Shown: positions 8,833-19,430, numbered from the stretch's first letter. The stretch: 64,000 bases of DNA from an uncultured Planctomycetota bacterium (GCA_963845755.1 CAWJTV010000025.1:160001-224000); one strand, 5' to 3'. Translations and numbers: made by a program. The notes: generated by a model not told the origin, from the sequence alone.

Positions 8833-11079
8833 TTAGCGTTCGGTCATGCCGCCAGCGGGGCGCCCGCTTCGGGTGGCGCCGCGCTGCGGTCGGAAGGGGA
8901 TAGGGAAGGCGCTCAGCGGGCCCCGGATCGGATCGCCAGTCAGCTCGTTCCAGCGTCGGGCCTGCTCGGCGGTGAGGATGCGTTCCATGGCCGGCTTGCT
9001 GGCATCGTCGAGGGGCTTTCCCGATTTCATCTCGCGGATCCGGCCGAAAAAGGTCGCCTCCTCGATCGCGCGGATCTGCTCGCGCTGTTCGAGCGTCAAA
9101 CCCAGCGCCTCGACGACCTCCGGCTCCCGAAAGGCGGCCGGCCCCTCCGACTGGAGGGCGATCTGGCGGAGCCGGACGCGTTGCGGGGGCGTCAGGATCG
9201 CATCGACCTCCGCCTCGTTGGCGCGGGCCTGCTCCAGCGCGATCCGCGCGCGGTCGGCCGGCGGGGGGAGGCGGGCAGGGTCGCCGAACGCGTCCGTGAA
9301 GCGCGCGCCGGCGCGGGCGGAGAGCTCGGCCACCCGCACCCGCTGGCGATCGTCGAGCCGGAGATCGTCCAGCGCGGTCGGCTGGATGAGCAGATAAAGC
9401 TGCCCGGCGGCGCGGAGGACCGCCAGGTCGGCGAGGATGGTCTCGACCCGCCGCGTGGTGTCGCGCAGCTCGGCCTGTGCATCCGGGTCGCTCCGCCGCT
9501 CGGCGATGAACTCGCGGTAGTACGCCAGCGCGGAACCGAGGAGCCGCTTGCGGAGCCCCTCCATGCCCGGCCGGTGCGCGAGCTCCTCCTCGCTGGCCCG
9601 GATCAGCTCGTCGACCGCCCGACGAGCGAGGCGGAACCGCGCCTCGGCCTCCTCCGCGCGCTGATGCTCGCGAAGGTAGGCCGCTTCGGTCTTCCTCTGC
9701 TCGGCGAGCGTCTTCGCCTGCTCGCGGCGGACGATGGCCGTGCTGACCAGGGACGCGGCCGAAAGGAGGATCAACGCCACCATTCCGGACCCGACGATCG
9801 TCGGGTGCCGCCGCGACCAGGACCGCAAACGCTCCGAAGGGGTCGGCCGGCGAGCGACGATCGGCCGGCGGGCGAGGAACCGCTCGAGGTCATCGGCCAT
9901 CTCCTGCGCCGTCGCGTACCGCTCGGCCGGCTCCTTGCGGAGCGCCTTCAGGACGATGGTCTCCAGACCCGCGGGGATCGACGGCTCCAGGGAACGGGGG
10001 GACGCGGGCTCGTCGGCGGCGATCTGCCGGATCAGGGCGTGGCGATCGCGCCCGTCGAAGGGAGGCCGGAGCGTGAGCAACTCGTAGAGCGTGGCGCCGA
10101 GCGAATAGACATCGCTGCGGTGATCGACGATCCCGCGCGTGGCGAAGACCTGCTCGGGACTGGCGTAGCGCAGGGTGCCCAGCATCTCCCCCGTGATCGT
10201 GAGCCCGACGTCCCCGGTGACCTGGGCCAGGCCGAAGTCGGTGATCCAGAGCTGCCCGCGGAGGTCCAGCAGCAGATTCCCCGGCTTGACGTCGCGATGC
10301 ACGATCCCCGCCTGGTGGGCATGTTCGAGCGCCAGCGCCGCCTGTCGGCCTAGCCCGGCAACGCGGTCGTAATAGCGGAGGCGGTCCGCGGATCGCTCGC
10401 GCGAGATCGTCGTCGCGGCGGATGTGGCCATCCCTCCCGAATGGGACTCGGGGCGTCCGATGGCCGCATCGGTGACGGCCGCATCGTCACGCCGCTCGTC
10501 GCGAAGACCCCGCAACTCTCCAATGAGTGCGGCGAGGCTCTGTCCTTCGATGAACTGCATGGCGTAATAGTGGACGCCGCGCTCGCAGCCGACCGCGTGC
10601 ACCGGCACGATCTTCTCGTGCTGCACGTGGGCCGCCGCGAGGGCCTCGGTCTTGAAGCGCTGGAGCCGACGGGGATCGATGGCCGCGGCAAACGGGAGGA
10701 CCTTCAGCGCGACTCGCCGCCGTAGCGAGATCTGCTCGGCCTCGTAGACGACCCCCATCCCGCCCCGGCCCACCTCGCGCAGGAGGCGAAAGTCGCCCAG
10801 GTCACCGATGCCCGCAGGGATATCATCCGTCTCCTCGCGAGACGCCCCGATCAGCCCGTGAGCATCGCCCACCCTCCCGGCGCGAAGGGGCGCCGTGAGC
10901 CGCGCCACCTCGTCGTGACCGGCGAGGAACGCCTCCAGGTCGGGCCGGAGGTCGGGGTGCGACGCCAGGAGCCGGCCGCGGTCGGGCTCGCGGCCCTCCT
11001 CGAGCGCCTCAACATACGCCAGGAGGACCTGGTTCCGCCGGTCCTCGCGGTCCGGGTCGTCGATGAGGTCATGTTCCAT
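8833..11079 (-). CDS. Hanks-type Ser/Thr protein kinase with one TM helix, coiled coil and C-terminal LTxxQ-like helical repeats
   Basis: VGRGGMGVVY, VALKVL, HRDVKPGNLL, DFGLA, GTLRYASPEQ, SDVYSLG; TM IVGSGMVALILLSAASLV. Confidence 0.95.
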   Translation of the reverse strand: MEHDLIDDPDREDRRNQVLLAYVEALEEGREPDRGRLLASHPDLRPDLEAFLAGHDEVARLTAPLRAGRVGDAHGLIGASREETDDIPAGIGDLGDFRLLREVGRGGMGVVYEAEQISLRRRVALKVLPFAAAIDPRRLQRFKTEALAAAHVQHEKIVPVHAVGCERGVHYYAMQFIEGQSLAALIGELRGLRDERRDDAAVTDAAIGRPESHSGGMATSAATTISRERSADRLRYYDRVAGLGRQAALALEHAHQAGIVHRDVKPGNLLLDLRGQLWITDFGLAQVTGDVGLTITGEMLGTLRYASPEQVFATRGIVDHRSDVYSLGATLYELLTLRPPFDGRDRHALIRQIAADEPASPRSLEPSIPAGLETIVLKALRKEPAERYATAQEMADDLERFLARRPIVARRPTPSERLRSWSRRHPTIVGSGMVALILLSAASLVSTAIVRREQAKTLAEQRKTEAAYLREHQRAEEAEARFRLARRAVDELIRASEEELAHRPGMEGLRKRLLGSALAYYREFIAERRSDPDAQAELRDTTRRVETILADLAVLRAAGQLYLLIQPTALDDLRLDDRQRVRVAELSARAGARFTDAFGDPARLPPPADRARIALEQARANEAEVDAILTPPQRVRLRQIALQSEGPAAFREPEVVEALGLTLEQREQIRAIEEATFFGRIREMKSGKPLDDASKPAMERILTAEQARRWNELTGDPIRGPLSAFPIPFRPQRGATRSGRPAGGMTER

Positions 11080-11651
11080 CGTCCGACTCCCCCAGGTCGC
11101 GCAGCAGCTCGCGGAGCCGCTTCAGCCCGCGGAAGAGCAGGCCGACCGCGGCCGGGCGCGTGCGGCCGATCCTCTCCGCCACTTCGGCCACCGGAAGCCC
11201 CTTCAGGTAGTGCAGCTCCACGACATGCCGCTGGTCCTCCGGCAGGCGGCCGAGCGCCTGGGCGAGCCGTAGCAGCTCCTCGCCGCGAACCGCCCGCTCG
11301 CTCGGGGAGGTCTGGTCGGCCGCGAGCAGGCCCTCCAGCCGGGACGCGGAGCGCTCCAGCTCGGCCTCCAGGGATCGCTCCCGGCCGGGATCGCGCGCCT
11401 GGGTCTCGAACCGCCGGGCTGCGGCCGCCAGGGCGTTCGCCAGGATGGCGCGGAGCCAGGCTAGCCACTCAGCTTCGGTCCGACCCCGGAACTGGTCCTG
11501 CCTCTCGTGGGCCTGCAGTATCGCCTGCTGGACGACGTCGGAGGCGTCCAGCTTCGCGCAGGCGTGGGCCGATCTGAAGCCGGACGAGCAGCCGGAGGTA
11601 ATCGCGGTGGTCCTCGATCTGGCGGATGTCGCCGCGAGCGGTCGGTCGCAT
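11069..11651 (-). CDS. Planctomycete-type ECF sigma-70 factor, kinase-associated (frameshift near 11557)
   Basis: Joined translation HRDYLRLLVRLQIGPRL/KLDASDVVQQAILQAH..FRGRTEAEWLAWLRAIL..TSPSERA..LPEDQRHVVELHYLKGLPVAEVAERIGRT; its 3' end overlaps the kinase start. Confidence 0.9.
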
Positions 11652-11711
11652 CGTTCCGCGCCCTCGTCACGCGTCGGTACGGTGTTCAGCCACCCATGTC
11701 GGCCCTGTATT

Positions 11712-11906
11712 TAGAGCGCCTCACAGTTGGGTGGCCCACACGTGAAGCCTGCTCCCGAAGAACCCCCCCGAACCCCCCCTTCGCAAAGGGGGGATATTGA
11801 TCGGGAAAAGCCCGTTTCCTGTCCCCCCCCCCTTGCGAAGGGGGGGGTCGGGGGGGTGAATTCGCAGCGCCTCAGGGCGTGCGCAATGCAAAAGTTAGGC
11901 GCTCTA
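11712..11906. mobile_element. MITE-like element B (about 195 bp) carrying an internal C/G-rich REP doublet
   Basis: Ends TAGAGCGCCTCACAGTTGG and (reverse complement) TAGAGCGCCTAACTTTTG; internal inverted pair CCCCCCCGAACCCCCCCTTCGCAAAGGGGGG / CCCCCCTTGCGAAGGGGGGGGTCGGGGGGG. Confidence 0.7.
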
Positions 11907-12052
11907 GCGTACGGCAACGCCGCCCTGCGCCGATAGACCCACGTCGCGAAGGATCGAGTCGCCGATCTTTCGCAAAGGGATCCCCGTATAGAAATCCGCA
12001 ACTCCACTCCGGCCAAGCCCCTGGCTGCTGCACGGCGAAGGGTCGAGAAGAT

Positions 12053-13199
12053 TCAGACGAGATGGTCGTCGTCCGGCTGGGCAGGGGCGAGCGAGGCGAT
12101 CCCGACGGTTTTACGCATCCAGGCGCTGGTCTGCCAGTTGTCCACCGGGGGCTCATCGGAAATGAAGGGGGGGATGGGCAGGACGAAGAACGCGGAGAGC
12201 GAGACGACGAACGGCTCGTACATCGCCCGCAGGTCGGCGACCTTGCGGTCGATGCCGGCGCCCTCGCGGGGCATGATCCCGGCCGAGCGCAGCAGGTCGC
12301 GGAGCCGGCCGAGCCGGTCGGCAGGGAGGCGGTCGTGGTCCGGGGGGCGAGGAGGAGACTTGTAGGATTGGGCCAGGTCGACGACCGCGTGGCGAGTCAT
12401 GGCAAAAGTCAGACCCGCCTGGTAGACGTCATCGCGTTCGACCGCTGCGATCAAGAGGGCGCATGTGTCGAGGATGGCCGTGGCCGCGGCCAGCCACGAC
12501 TGATTGTCGTGCTGCGACCGGTAGTAGCCCAGCACGGCGAACGAGAGGTGGCTCTCCAGCAGCTCGGCCGACCATCGCTCACACTCGCCGAGGATGCGCC
12601 AGGCCGTCCTGATCTCGGCCCGCGGCCGACCTGACCAGGAACTGCGCGGCGGTCGGGGGAGAGCCGGCGCGGGCGTCGAGCAGAGAGATCATCACCTCGC
12701 GCCGGGAGAATGCCTGGTAGAGCACGGGGAGGTAACTGATCACCACGGCAAGGAACCCGAACCCGAGCCCCGTCTCGACCACGGCCAGGATCCGGCCGAG
12801 CTTGCTGACCGGGATCACGTCCCCGTACCCGAGCGTGAAGAACGTGACCCCGCTCAAGTATAAGTCGTCGAACAGGCTCGACCCCTCTCGCAATTGGCTC
12901 ATCCGCGTATCGAGCGACCAGTGCAAGAGGGCAAACCCGAGGATCAACCCGCCGGCCCAGACCGTCAAGAGCACGAGCATCGACAGCGGCCCGAACACGC
13001 TGAGAAACCACTCGCGACGCTTGCCGTGGCCCAACCGCTGACCGATGGCGGACCAGGGCCGCCAGGTCGATCGGTAGAACTGCCGCGACAGGCGAATGCT
13101 GCGAGAGACGCGCCGGGGAAGGAGCATCGCCTCGAAGGCGTCCACGAGGACGATTGCGATCAACGCCAGGCCTAGCACCAAGGTCAACCACCGTGTCAT
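12053..13199 (-). CDS. Potassium-channel-family (Ion_trans_2) membrane protein (frameshift near 12590)
   Basis: Pore motif LYLSGVTFFTLGYGDV, LLDARAGSPPTA; C-terminal part in ORF 12053-12535 (YYRSQHDNQSWLAA, LRAMYEPFV, DNWQTS). Confidence 0.85.
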
Positions 13200-13471
13200 G
13201 TCACACCGGCCCCCGCCAATCGCATCGTTCTCGTGCCCCGAGTCGGCCACGGGTTATAGCAGTCCCCCTCGCGGAAAAGCAAGGCCGCGCGCCCGAGCTT
13301 TTCCGGCCGACGCAGCGGGCTTTCCGGGAGCCGTCTCGTTCGTCCAGGCCGCTCGAGCGCGTCTCCTGGGCGGAGGGAGGTTGTCGCGAAGGCACCGTCC
13401 GGGTATGAATGATCCGGCATTGAAACCGAACGATGATGGTGACTGATCCGATTCCAACTCCGAGGGGCGAC

Positions 13472-14761
13472 ATGTGTCAGACGGATTCTTCATCCCATCA
13501 AGAAGACCATCGCCACCATCATCATAGCCGGCCAAATCGATCGCAACTCTCGACGGCCCACGACGCCATCAAATCCTCTCAACCCACCCGTCGCCAGGTC
13601 CTGGGGCAATTGAAAACCGCTGGGCTTACCGTGGCAGCGAGCGTCTTGCCCTGGGGTTCACTCGTCCGGGCACTCGCCGACGACGATCCTGCTCCACCGG
13701 CCGGCCCCGGTTCAGCCAGGCTGTTCGACCTCAAGAAGGTCGCAAACGGAATCTACGGAGCGATCGCCAGGCCCACCGCCATGCTGAACTGCAACGCGGC
13801 GGTCGTCGTCAATCGCGATCACGTTCTGGTCGTGGACACCCATTCGAAACCTTCGGCCGCGAAGGCCCTGATCCGGCAGATCCGCGACGAGATCACCGAC
13901 CTCCCCGTCAGGTACGTGGTCAACAGCCATCTGCACGGCGACCACGCCATGGGCAACGAAGCGTATCCCGAGGCCTTCGGCGCCCAGGTCGAGATGATCT
14001 CCTCGGAGAAGACGCGCGAATGGCTGGATAAGTTCGGTCTGCCTCGATTGAAGGAGTCGCTCGAGAGCCTGCCCGGACAGATCGCCGACTTTCGCGCCAG
14101 GCTGGAGGCGAGCCAGGTCGAGTCCGACCGTGCCGTCCTCAGGGCACACATCGAGGGCCTCATTGCGTACCAGAAGGAGATGACGCCTCCGCGCGTGACC
14201 CTGCCAACGATGACCTTCGACCGGCGGCTGGTCATCCATCGCGGCGGCCGGGAGATCCATCTTCTCTTCCTCGGCCGGGCCCACACGGCGGGCGACGTCG
14301 TCGCCTTCATCCCCTCGGAGCGTGCGATCGCGACCGGCGACCTGATGCACGGTCTGCTCCCCTACATGGGGGATGGCTTCCCCGATGAATGGCCCGCCAC
14401 TCTGCGGGCTCTCGAAGCCCTGGAGTTCGATCACGTCATCCCGGGACATGGGTCAATCCAGGAAGGGAAGTCCGTGCTGGCGCAATTCCGCGGATACGTC
14501 GAGGAGCTCACCGAGAAGATCGCGCGGGGGGTCGAACGAGGTCAGCCCCTGGACGAACTCAAGAGGATGATTACCCCGTCGACCCTGGTATCGCTCAAAG
14601 CAGGCGACACACGTCGCCGCATCGAGCGTGAATTGAAGGCCGTGTTCGCTTTCCCGGAAAACCCTGCCGAGATGCTCGACGGCAGCGTCGCGAGCAATAT
14701 CCAGGAAGTCTTTACTTATTTCACGGAACGCAAGGGCCGGCGCGAGCTCCCGCTCCGATGA
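13472..14761 (+). CDS. Tat-exported metallo-beta-lactamase-fold hydrolase (cyclase-like) with His-rich N-terminus
   Basis: TRRQVLG twin-arginine motif; NSHLHGDHAMGN, AHTAGD, TGDL, IPGHG. Confidence 0.9.
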   Translation: MCQTDSSSHQEDHRHHHHSRPNRSQLSTAHDAIKSSQPTRRQVLGQLKTAGLTVAASVLPWGSLVRALADDDPAPPAGPGSARLFDLKKVANGIYGAIARPTAMLNCNAAVVVNRDHVLVVDTHSKPSAAKALIRQIRDEITDLPVRYVVNSHLHGDHAMGNEAYPEAFGAQVEMISSEKTREWLDKFGLPRLKESLESLPGQIADFRARLEASQVESDRAVLRAHIEGLIAYQKEMTPPRVTLPTMTFDRRLVIHRGGREIHLLFLGRAHTAGDVVAFIPSERAIATGDLMHGLLPYMGDGFPDEWPATLRALEALEFDHVIPGHGSIQEGKSVLAQFRGYVEELTEKIARGVERGQPLDELKRMITPSTLVSLKAGDTRRRIERELKAVFAFPENPAEMLDGSVASNIQEVFTYFTERKGRRELPLR

Positions 14762-14868
14762 GCCTCCGATCGCCCTGACCGCCGCGAGTAGGCCGTGGAA
14801 GGGAGGTTGAGCCGTGCGGCCGGCTCGTCTGCGATCCCAGGGCCCAGGTATTCCTCGAGAAGGCGGCG

Positions 14869-15915
14869 ATGAGCACAATACTGGTTACGGGCGGGTCGGG
14901 TTTCATCGGCAGCCATTCCATCCTGCAGCTCCTGGCCGCGGGCCATCGGGTGCGCACGACGGTACGGAGCCTGAAGCGCGAGGGCAGCGTGCGCGCCATG
15001 CTGAAGGAAGGCGGCGCCGAGCCGGGCGATCGCTTGTCCTTCATCGCCGCCGATCTCGAAGACGACGCGGGCTGGTCGGAAGCCGTCGCCGGCTGCGAGT
15101 ACGTGCTGCACGTAGCGTCGCCTTTTCCCCCGAACATCCCCAAGAACGAGGATGAGCTGATCGTGCCCGCGCGCGAAGGCGCGCTCCGCGTACTGCGCGC
15201 CGCGCGCGACGCCGGCGTCAAGCGCGTGGTGCTGACCTCCTCGTTCGCGGCGATCGGCTATGGCCAGGAGCCGCAGAAAGCGCCGTTCGATGAGACGAGC
15301 TGGACGGACCCCAACGGTGACGATGTGCTACCCTACGTGAAATCGAAGACGTTGTCCGAACGCGCGGCCTGGGATTTCATCGCCAAGGAAGGCGGCGATC
15401 TCGAGCTTTCCGTCGTCAATCCGGTGGGCGTCTTCGGCCCGGTGCTGGGGCCCGACTATTCGACGTCGATCCTCCTGGTGCAGCGCCTGATGGACGGCGC
15501 CATGCCCGGCTGCCCGCGGCTCTATTTCGGAGCCGTCGATGTGCGCGACGTCGCCGACCTGCACATCCGCGCCATGACGCATCCCGCCGCCAAGGGCGAA
15601 CGCTTCCTCGCCGTCGCCGGCGATTTCCTGTCGATACGCGACATCGCCAAGGTCCTGAAGGACCGCATGGGCGCGTCGGCCAGGAGAGTGCCGACCTGGC
15701 AATTGCCCAACTGGCTGGTGCGCATCGCCGCGATGCGTGACCCGGCTGCGAAGCAGATCCTGCCCGAGCTCGGCAAGAGGAAGAACGCCACGAACGAAAA
15801 GGCCAGGCGCCTGCTGGGCTGGGCGCCGCGTTCGAACGCGGAGTCCATCGTTGCCACCGCCGAGAGCCTGGTGCGGCTCGGGCTCCTGAAGGACAGCCCG
15901 AAGAAGCGTCCCTGA
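14869..15915 (+). CDS. NAD(P)-dependent aldehyde reductase / dihydroflavonol-reductase-like extended SDR
   Basis: ILVTGGSGFIGSH, HVASP, TSSFAAI, YVKSK, VDVRDVADLH. Confidence 0.92.
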   Translation: MSTILVTGGSGFIGSHSILQLLAAGHRVRTTVRSLKREGSVRAMLKEGGAEPGDRLSFIAADLEDDAGWSEAVAGCEYVLHVASPFPPNIPKNEDELIVPAREGALRVLRAARDAGVKRVVLTSSFAAIGYGQEPQKAPFDETSWTDPNGDDVLPYVKSKTLSERAAWDFIAKEGGDLELSVVNPVGVFGPVLGPDYSTSILLVQRLMDGAMPGCPRLYFGAVDVRDVADLHIRAMTHPAAKGERFLAVAGDFLSIRDIAKVLKDRMGASARRVPTWQLPNWLVRIAAMRDPAAKQILPELGKRKNATNEKARRLLGWAPRSNAESIVATAESLVRLGLLKDSPKKRP

Positions 15916-15947
15916 TCCGACGTCCGTCCCGGCCGGCGCAGCCGGCC

Positions 15948-17117
15948 CTACCTGGCGCGACGACGGATCGCGTAACCATACTGGGTCGGCCAGCACGGCT
16001 CGACGCCCAACTCTTGCTGCGCCCGCAGCGTCCAGTACGGCTGGCGGAGCAGCTCCCGAGCCAGGAAGACCAGGTCGGCCTCGCCGCCGGTGATGATCTC
16101 GTTGGCATGGTGGGGCTCGGTAATCAGGCCCACCGCCCCGGTCGGGATCTCGGCCTCGTCCCGGATCCGACGCGCGAAGGGGACTTGATACCCCTTGCCG
16201 ACGGGGATCCGTGCCTTGGGCACCAGCCCCCCGGACGACACGTCGATCAGGTCGACCCCCAGGCCCTTGAGTCGTCCAGCCAGCACGATCGATTGGTCCG
16301 CGTCCCAGCCCTCGTCGGCCCAGTCGGTCGCCGAGATCCGCACGAACAGTGGCAGCTCCTCAGGCATGCGCCGGCGGATCGTCTCGGCCACTCGCAGGAG
16401 CAAGCGCATCCGATTCTCCAGGCTGCCGCCGTACTGATCCATGCGGCGGTTGCTCAGCGGCGACAGGAATTCGTGCAGCAGGTAGCCGTGGGCCGAGTGG
16501 ATCTCGATCACGCGGAACCCGGCGGCCAGCGCCCGGTCGACGCCGGCCTCGAAGGCGGCGACGACCGCGTCGATCGCCGACTCGTCGAGCGCGACCGGCA
16601 CCGGATCGCCCTCGGCGAACGGGACCGGGCTGGGGCCGACGACCGTCCAGCCACCCTGCTCGGGAGTCTTGAGACTCGCCCCGCCCTTCCAGGGCACCTC
16701 GCAACTGGCCTTGCGGCCGGCATGGGCCAGTTGGATCCCCGCGACCGCTCCCTGGCCGTGCACGAACCGAGCGATCCGGGCCAGCGGCTCGATGTGCGAG
16801 TCGTCCCAGATCCCCAGATCGCCCGGGCTGATCCGGCCGTCGCGCGTCACCGCGGTCGCCTCGACCACCACCAGCGCCGCGCCGCCGACCGCTCGACTCC
16901 CCAGGTGGACCAGATGCCAGTCGTCGGCATGCCCCTCGGTCGCGCAATACTGGCACATCGGCGACATCACCACGCGATTCCGGAACGTCACCCCGCGGAT
17001 CGCCAGCGGGCTGAAGAGGTTGACCTCGGGCAGTTCGCGATCGTGGTCGGTGTCCGCCCGACACCCGTGGACCGGGGAGGCGCCCGTAGCGTGGATACTC
17101 GTCTGCTTCTCGGTCAT
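15948..17117 (-). CDS. NADH:flavin oxidoreductase, Old Yellow Enzyme (YqjM/NamA-like)
   Basis: NRVVMSPMCQY, GIQLAHAGRKAS, EIHSAHGYLLHEFLSPLSN, YGGSLENRMR, RISATDW, DVSSGG; start taken at MTEKQ. Confidence 0.93.
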   Translation of the reverse strand: MTEKQTSIHATGASPVHGCRADTDHDRELPEVNLFSPLAIRGVTFRNRVVMSPMCQYCATEGHADDWHLVHLGSRAVGGAALVVVEATAVTRDGRISPGDLGIWDDSHIEPLARIARFVHGQGAVAGIQLAHAGRKASCEVPWKGGASLKTPEQGGWTVVGPSPVPFAEGDPVPVALDESAIDAVVAAFEAGVDRALAAGFRVIEIHSAHGYLLHEFLSPLSNRRMDQYGGSLENRMRLLLRVAETIRRRMPEELPLFVRISATDWADEGWDADQSIVLAGRLKGLGVDLIDVSSGGLVPKARIPVGKGYQVPFARRIRDEAEIPTGAVGLITEPHHANEIITGGEADLVFLARELLRQPYWTLRAQQELGVEPCWPTQYGYAIRRRAR

Positions 17118-17268
17118 GTCGTGCGGCTCCCTATCGGCCTGACGCCTCGATCCGTCCGTGAACGTTTCCAAGTGGTTCCTTCGACTGGTCGGCGCCGGGC
17201 CCAGGTATGGTCCCTGGTGAGTTCCATGATACATGGGGTAAGAGGGTGCTCGAGACGCCCTCGTCGGA

Positions 17269-18315
17269 TTACAAGCTCCCAGCGTCGATCACCTCGCCGC
17301 CGGCCTTGGTCGCGATGGCCCACCAGGTCTGCGGGCTGACGCTCTCCTTGATGAAGCGGACCGAGCCGTCGAGGAAGCCGGCGTTCACGCCGCCCGGATG
17401 GAATGAGCTGGCGCCGACGCACACCGTCTTCCACTCCACGGGCTGGGTCTCGCCCTGAAAGAGACAGGCTTTCCGATTCGGCGTCATGATGTGCGAGTAG
17501 CCACCCCCCTGGCAGGCGAAATCGGTCCCCCAGATCTCGCCTTTGTAGTCGAACCCGGCCAGCGTCGTCGCTTGCTCGCACGCGGTCTCATAGGTGATGA
17601 GTGGCACATACGCGATCGTGGGCGGCGACGGCATCGACATGAGGTAGACCTGGTTCGGACCGGGAATCGTGGTCCCGTTCTTCCCCCGGACCATCTCGCT
17701 CCAGAGGACGGTGCTGGACGTCCCATCGGTGATGTCCGCCAGGGTGACGGTCATCGCGAGCGGGGCCAGACTGGCCGAGGCGTCGGCTCCCATGAAGTAG
17801 GCCGGGCCATCGTATCCGCCGCCGTTGTTGGCGGGCGTCGTGCCCAGGTTGTTGGGATAGCTGGTATAGCCGATCTGCCGCGGTCCGGCCCCGCCGACCG
17901 CATACATCCCGCACGGCACGTTCCCATCCGACGTGCAGAGGAACGTGCTCACCATCGTCGTCAGGTTGGTCGCGTTCGGGTCCGAGAGCTGGAAAAACGA
18001 CATGTTCATCGAATTGAATAGCACGGCCTGATCCAGGTACGGGAGGATCCGCGCCTTCATGCTGAAGTTATTCGACCATTCGGGGCCCGTGGCCGCCGCG
18101 GGCGGTAGCGCGCCGTGGACGTCGATGTAACCCTGGGTCGCGAGTCCGAGCTGTTTGAGGTTGTTCACGCACTGCGATCGCCGCGCCGCCTCGCGCGCGG
18201 CCTGCACCGCCGGCAAGAGCAGGGCAATCAGCAGGCCGATGATGGCGATGACGACCAGGAGCTCGATCAGCGTGAAGGCGCGGCAGGGAAGCGGCTCGGT
18301 GGAAGACGACGTCAT
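17269..18315 (-). CDS. DUF1559 prepilin-type N-terminal cleavage/methylation protein with H-X9-DG C-terminus
   Basis: [75 protein letters not shown]. Confidence 0.95.
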   Translation of the reverse strand: MTSSSTEPLPCRAFTLIELLVVIAIIGLLIALLLPAVQAAREAARRSQCVNNLKQLGLATQGYIDVHGALPPAAATGPEWSNNFSMKARILPYLDQAVLFNSMNMSFFQLSDPNATNLTTMVSTFLCTSDGNVPCGMYAVGGAGPRQIGYTSYPNNLGTTPANNGGGYDGPAYFMGADASASLAPLAMTVTLADITDGTSSTVLWSEMVRGKNGTTIPGPNQVYLMSMPSPPTIAYVPLITYETACEQATTLAGFDYKGEIWGTDFACQGGGYSHIMTPNRKACLFQGETQPVEWKTVCVGASSFHPGGVNAGFLDGSVRFIKESVSPQTWWAIATKAGGEVIDAGSL

Positions 18316-18499
18316 CGCACACTCCTCAGCTCCGGGAGAGACCGTGAATTCAGAGACCCCACGATCCAATTACAAGCGTAAGAGATGCGCGGCTTTATGT
18401 CAACGACCGTCGTGCTGGCGTGGTCGACGGAGGGAGATTGAGTCTTGCATTATGGCATGCAGGCGGCTAACATATTATCGTTGGCTGATCTTCCCGTGA

Positions 18500-19030
18500 G
18501 CCTCTGGAATCTGGAGCGCGGTGCGTGGAGCGGCGTGAGAACGCTGAGAGGGGTGAAGATTGATCCAATCTTGGATTCCAGCAATTTGATTGCTGCATCA
18601 GACCCAAACAACGTCAATCATGTTACTGCTGTAGCATATCTAAAATCAAATCAATCGTCGGGGTTGAGTGCCAGTCAGCAAGCCCTTCGGGAGTTCCTTG
18701 CAAGAAGGCCAAGCCCGGGCGCCTTCAGGAGCTTGCAGAAGACTTATGGAATCACGCTGGCTCTCAATATCCCGCAAGGGGAAGTCCGCAGGTTGGCGGT
18801 TCGTCTCCAACGGGCTTTCCCAGAGACGGGTGTGCCCTACGCGACGGCGATGCTCGGATTGCCGCAGAAGCCCTGATCAGGGGCGAGGCGCTTGCTACGG
18901 CTGACCTTCCTCTTTTCAAACGAGGTAAGGACCTGAGTATCGACGTCGGGTTTCTGGGTTCGAGGCAGGGGCTTTGCGTAACGCGGCAAACTACCAACCG
19001 AATCCCGTCACGATCCCTCCGCCTTGATAA
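18500..19030 (+). pseudogene. PIN-domain (VapC-like) toxin-tip remnant, frameshifted, no clear start
   Basis: ILDSSNLIAA..QQALREFL; after a shift near 18823, LRDGDARIAAEALIRGEALATADL; after a second shift near 18965, AGALRNAANYQPNPVTIPPP ending in TGA TAA at 19025-19030. Lower GC than the flanks. Confidence 0.6.
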
Positions 19031-19040
19031 GGAGTGTGTC

Positions 19041-19430
19041 ATGACCCGGAATGAAGTCTACGTGAACATCGCACGCAACGTACTGACCCATCTGCCTCCG
19101 GCCGAGGAATCGGTGCTCGCGTGCATGATTACGCTCCATACGCATGACATTATCCTTGCTGATTCGTGTAACCCTACCGACATGACCTCAGTCGGTGAGC
19201 GCAGGAAGCTATCGGCCGTGACCCGACGCCATGCGGCGGAAATCGTTGCCGCGGCCACTGGAAACGCAACCGACCAGCCTACCATCGATTACTGGTACGC
19301 CAGGTACTCATCCCGCACACCCTACGAAGTGGTAGAAGATCTTCCACAAGCTCTCATGAGCCAGGTGCTAGGAACGGTGACGGCCATGAAAACGTCACCT
19401 CTCGTTCAAGATATTATCGAAGCGGAATAG
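19041..19430 (+). CDS. Small hypothetical protein, putative immunity/antitoxin partner
   Basis: 129 aa, AAGGAG RBS immediately after the PIN stop codons, lower GC. Confidence 0.65.
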   Translation: MTRNEVYVNIARNVLTHLPPAEESVLACMITLHTHDIILADSCNPTDMTSVGERRKLSAVTRRHAAEIVAAATGNATDQPTIDYWYARYSSRTPYEVVEDLPQALMSQVLGTVTAMKTSPLVQDIIEAE

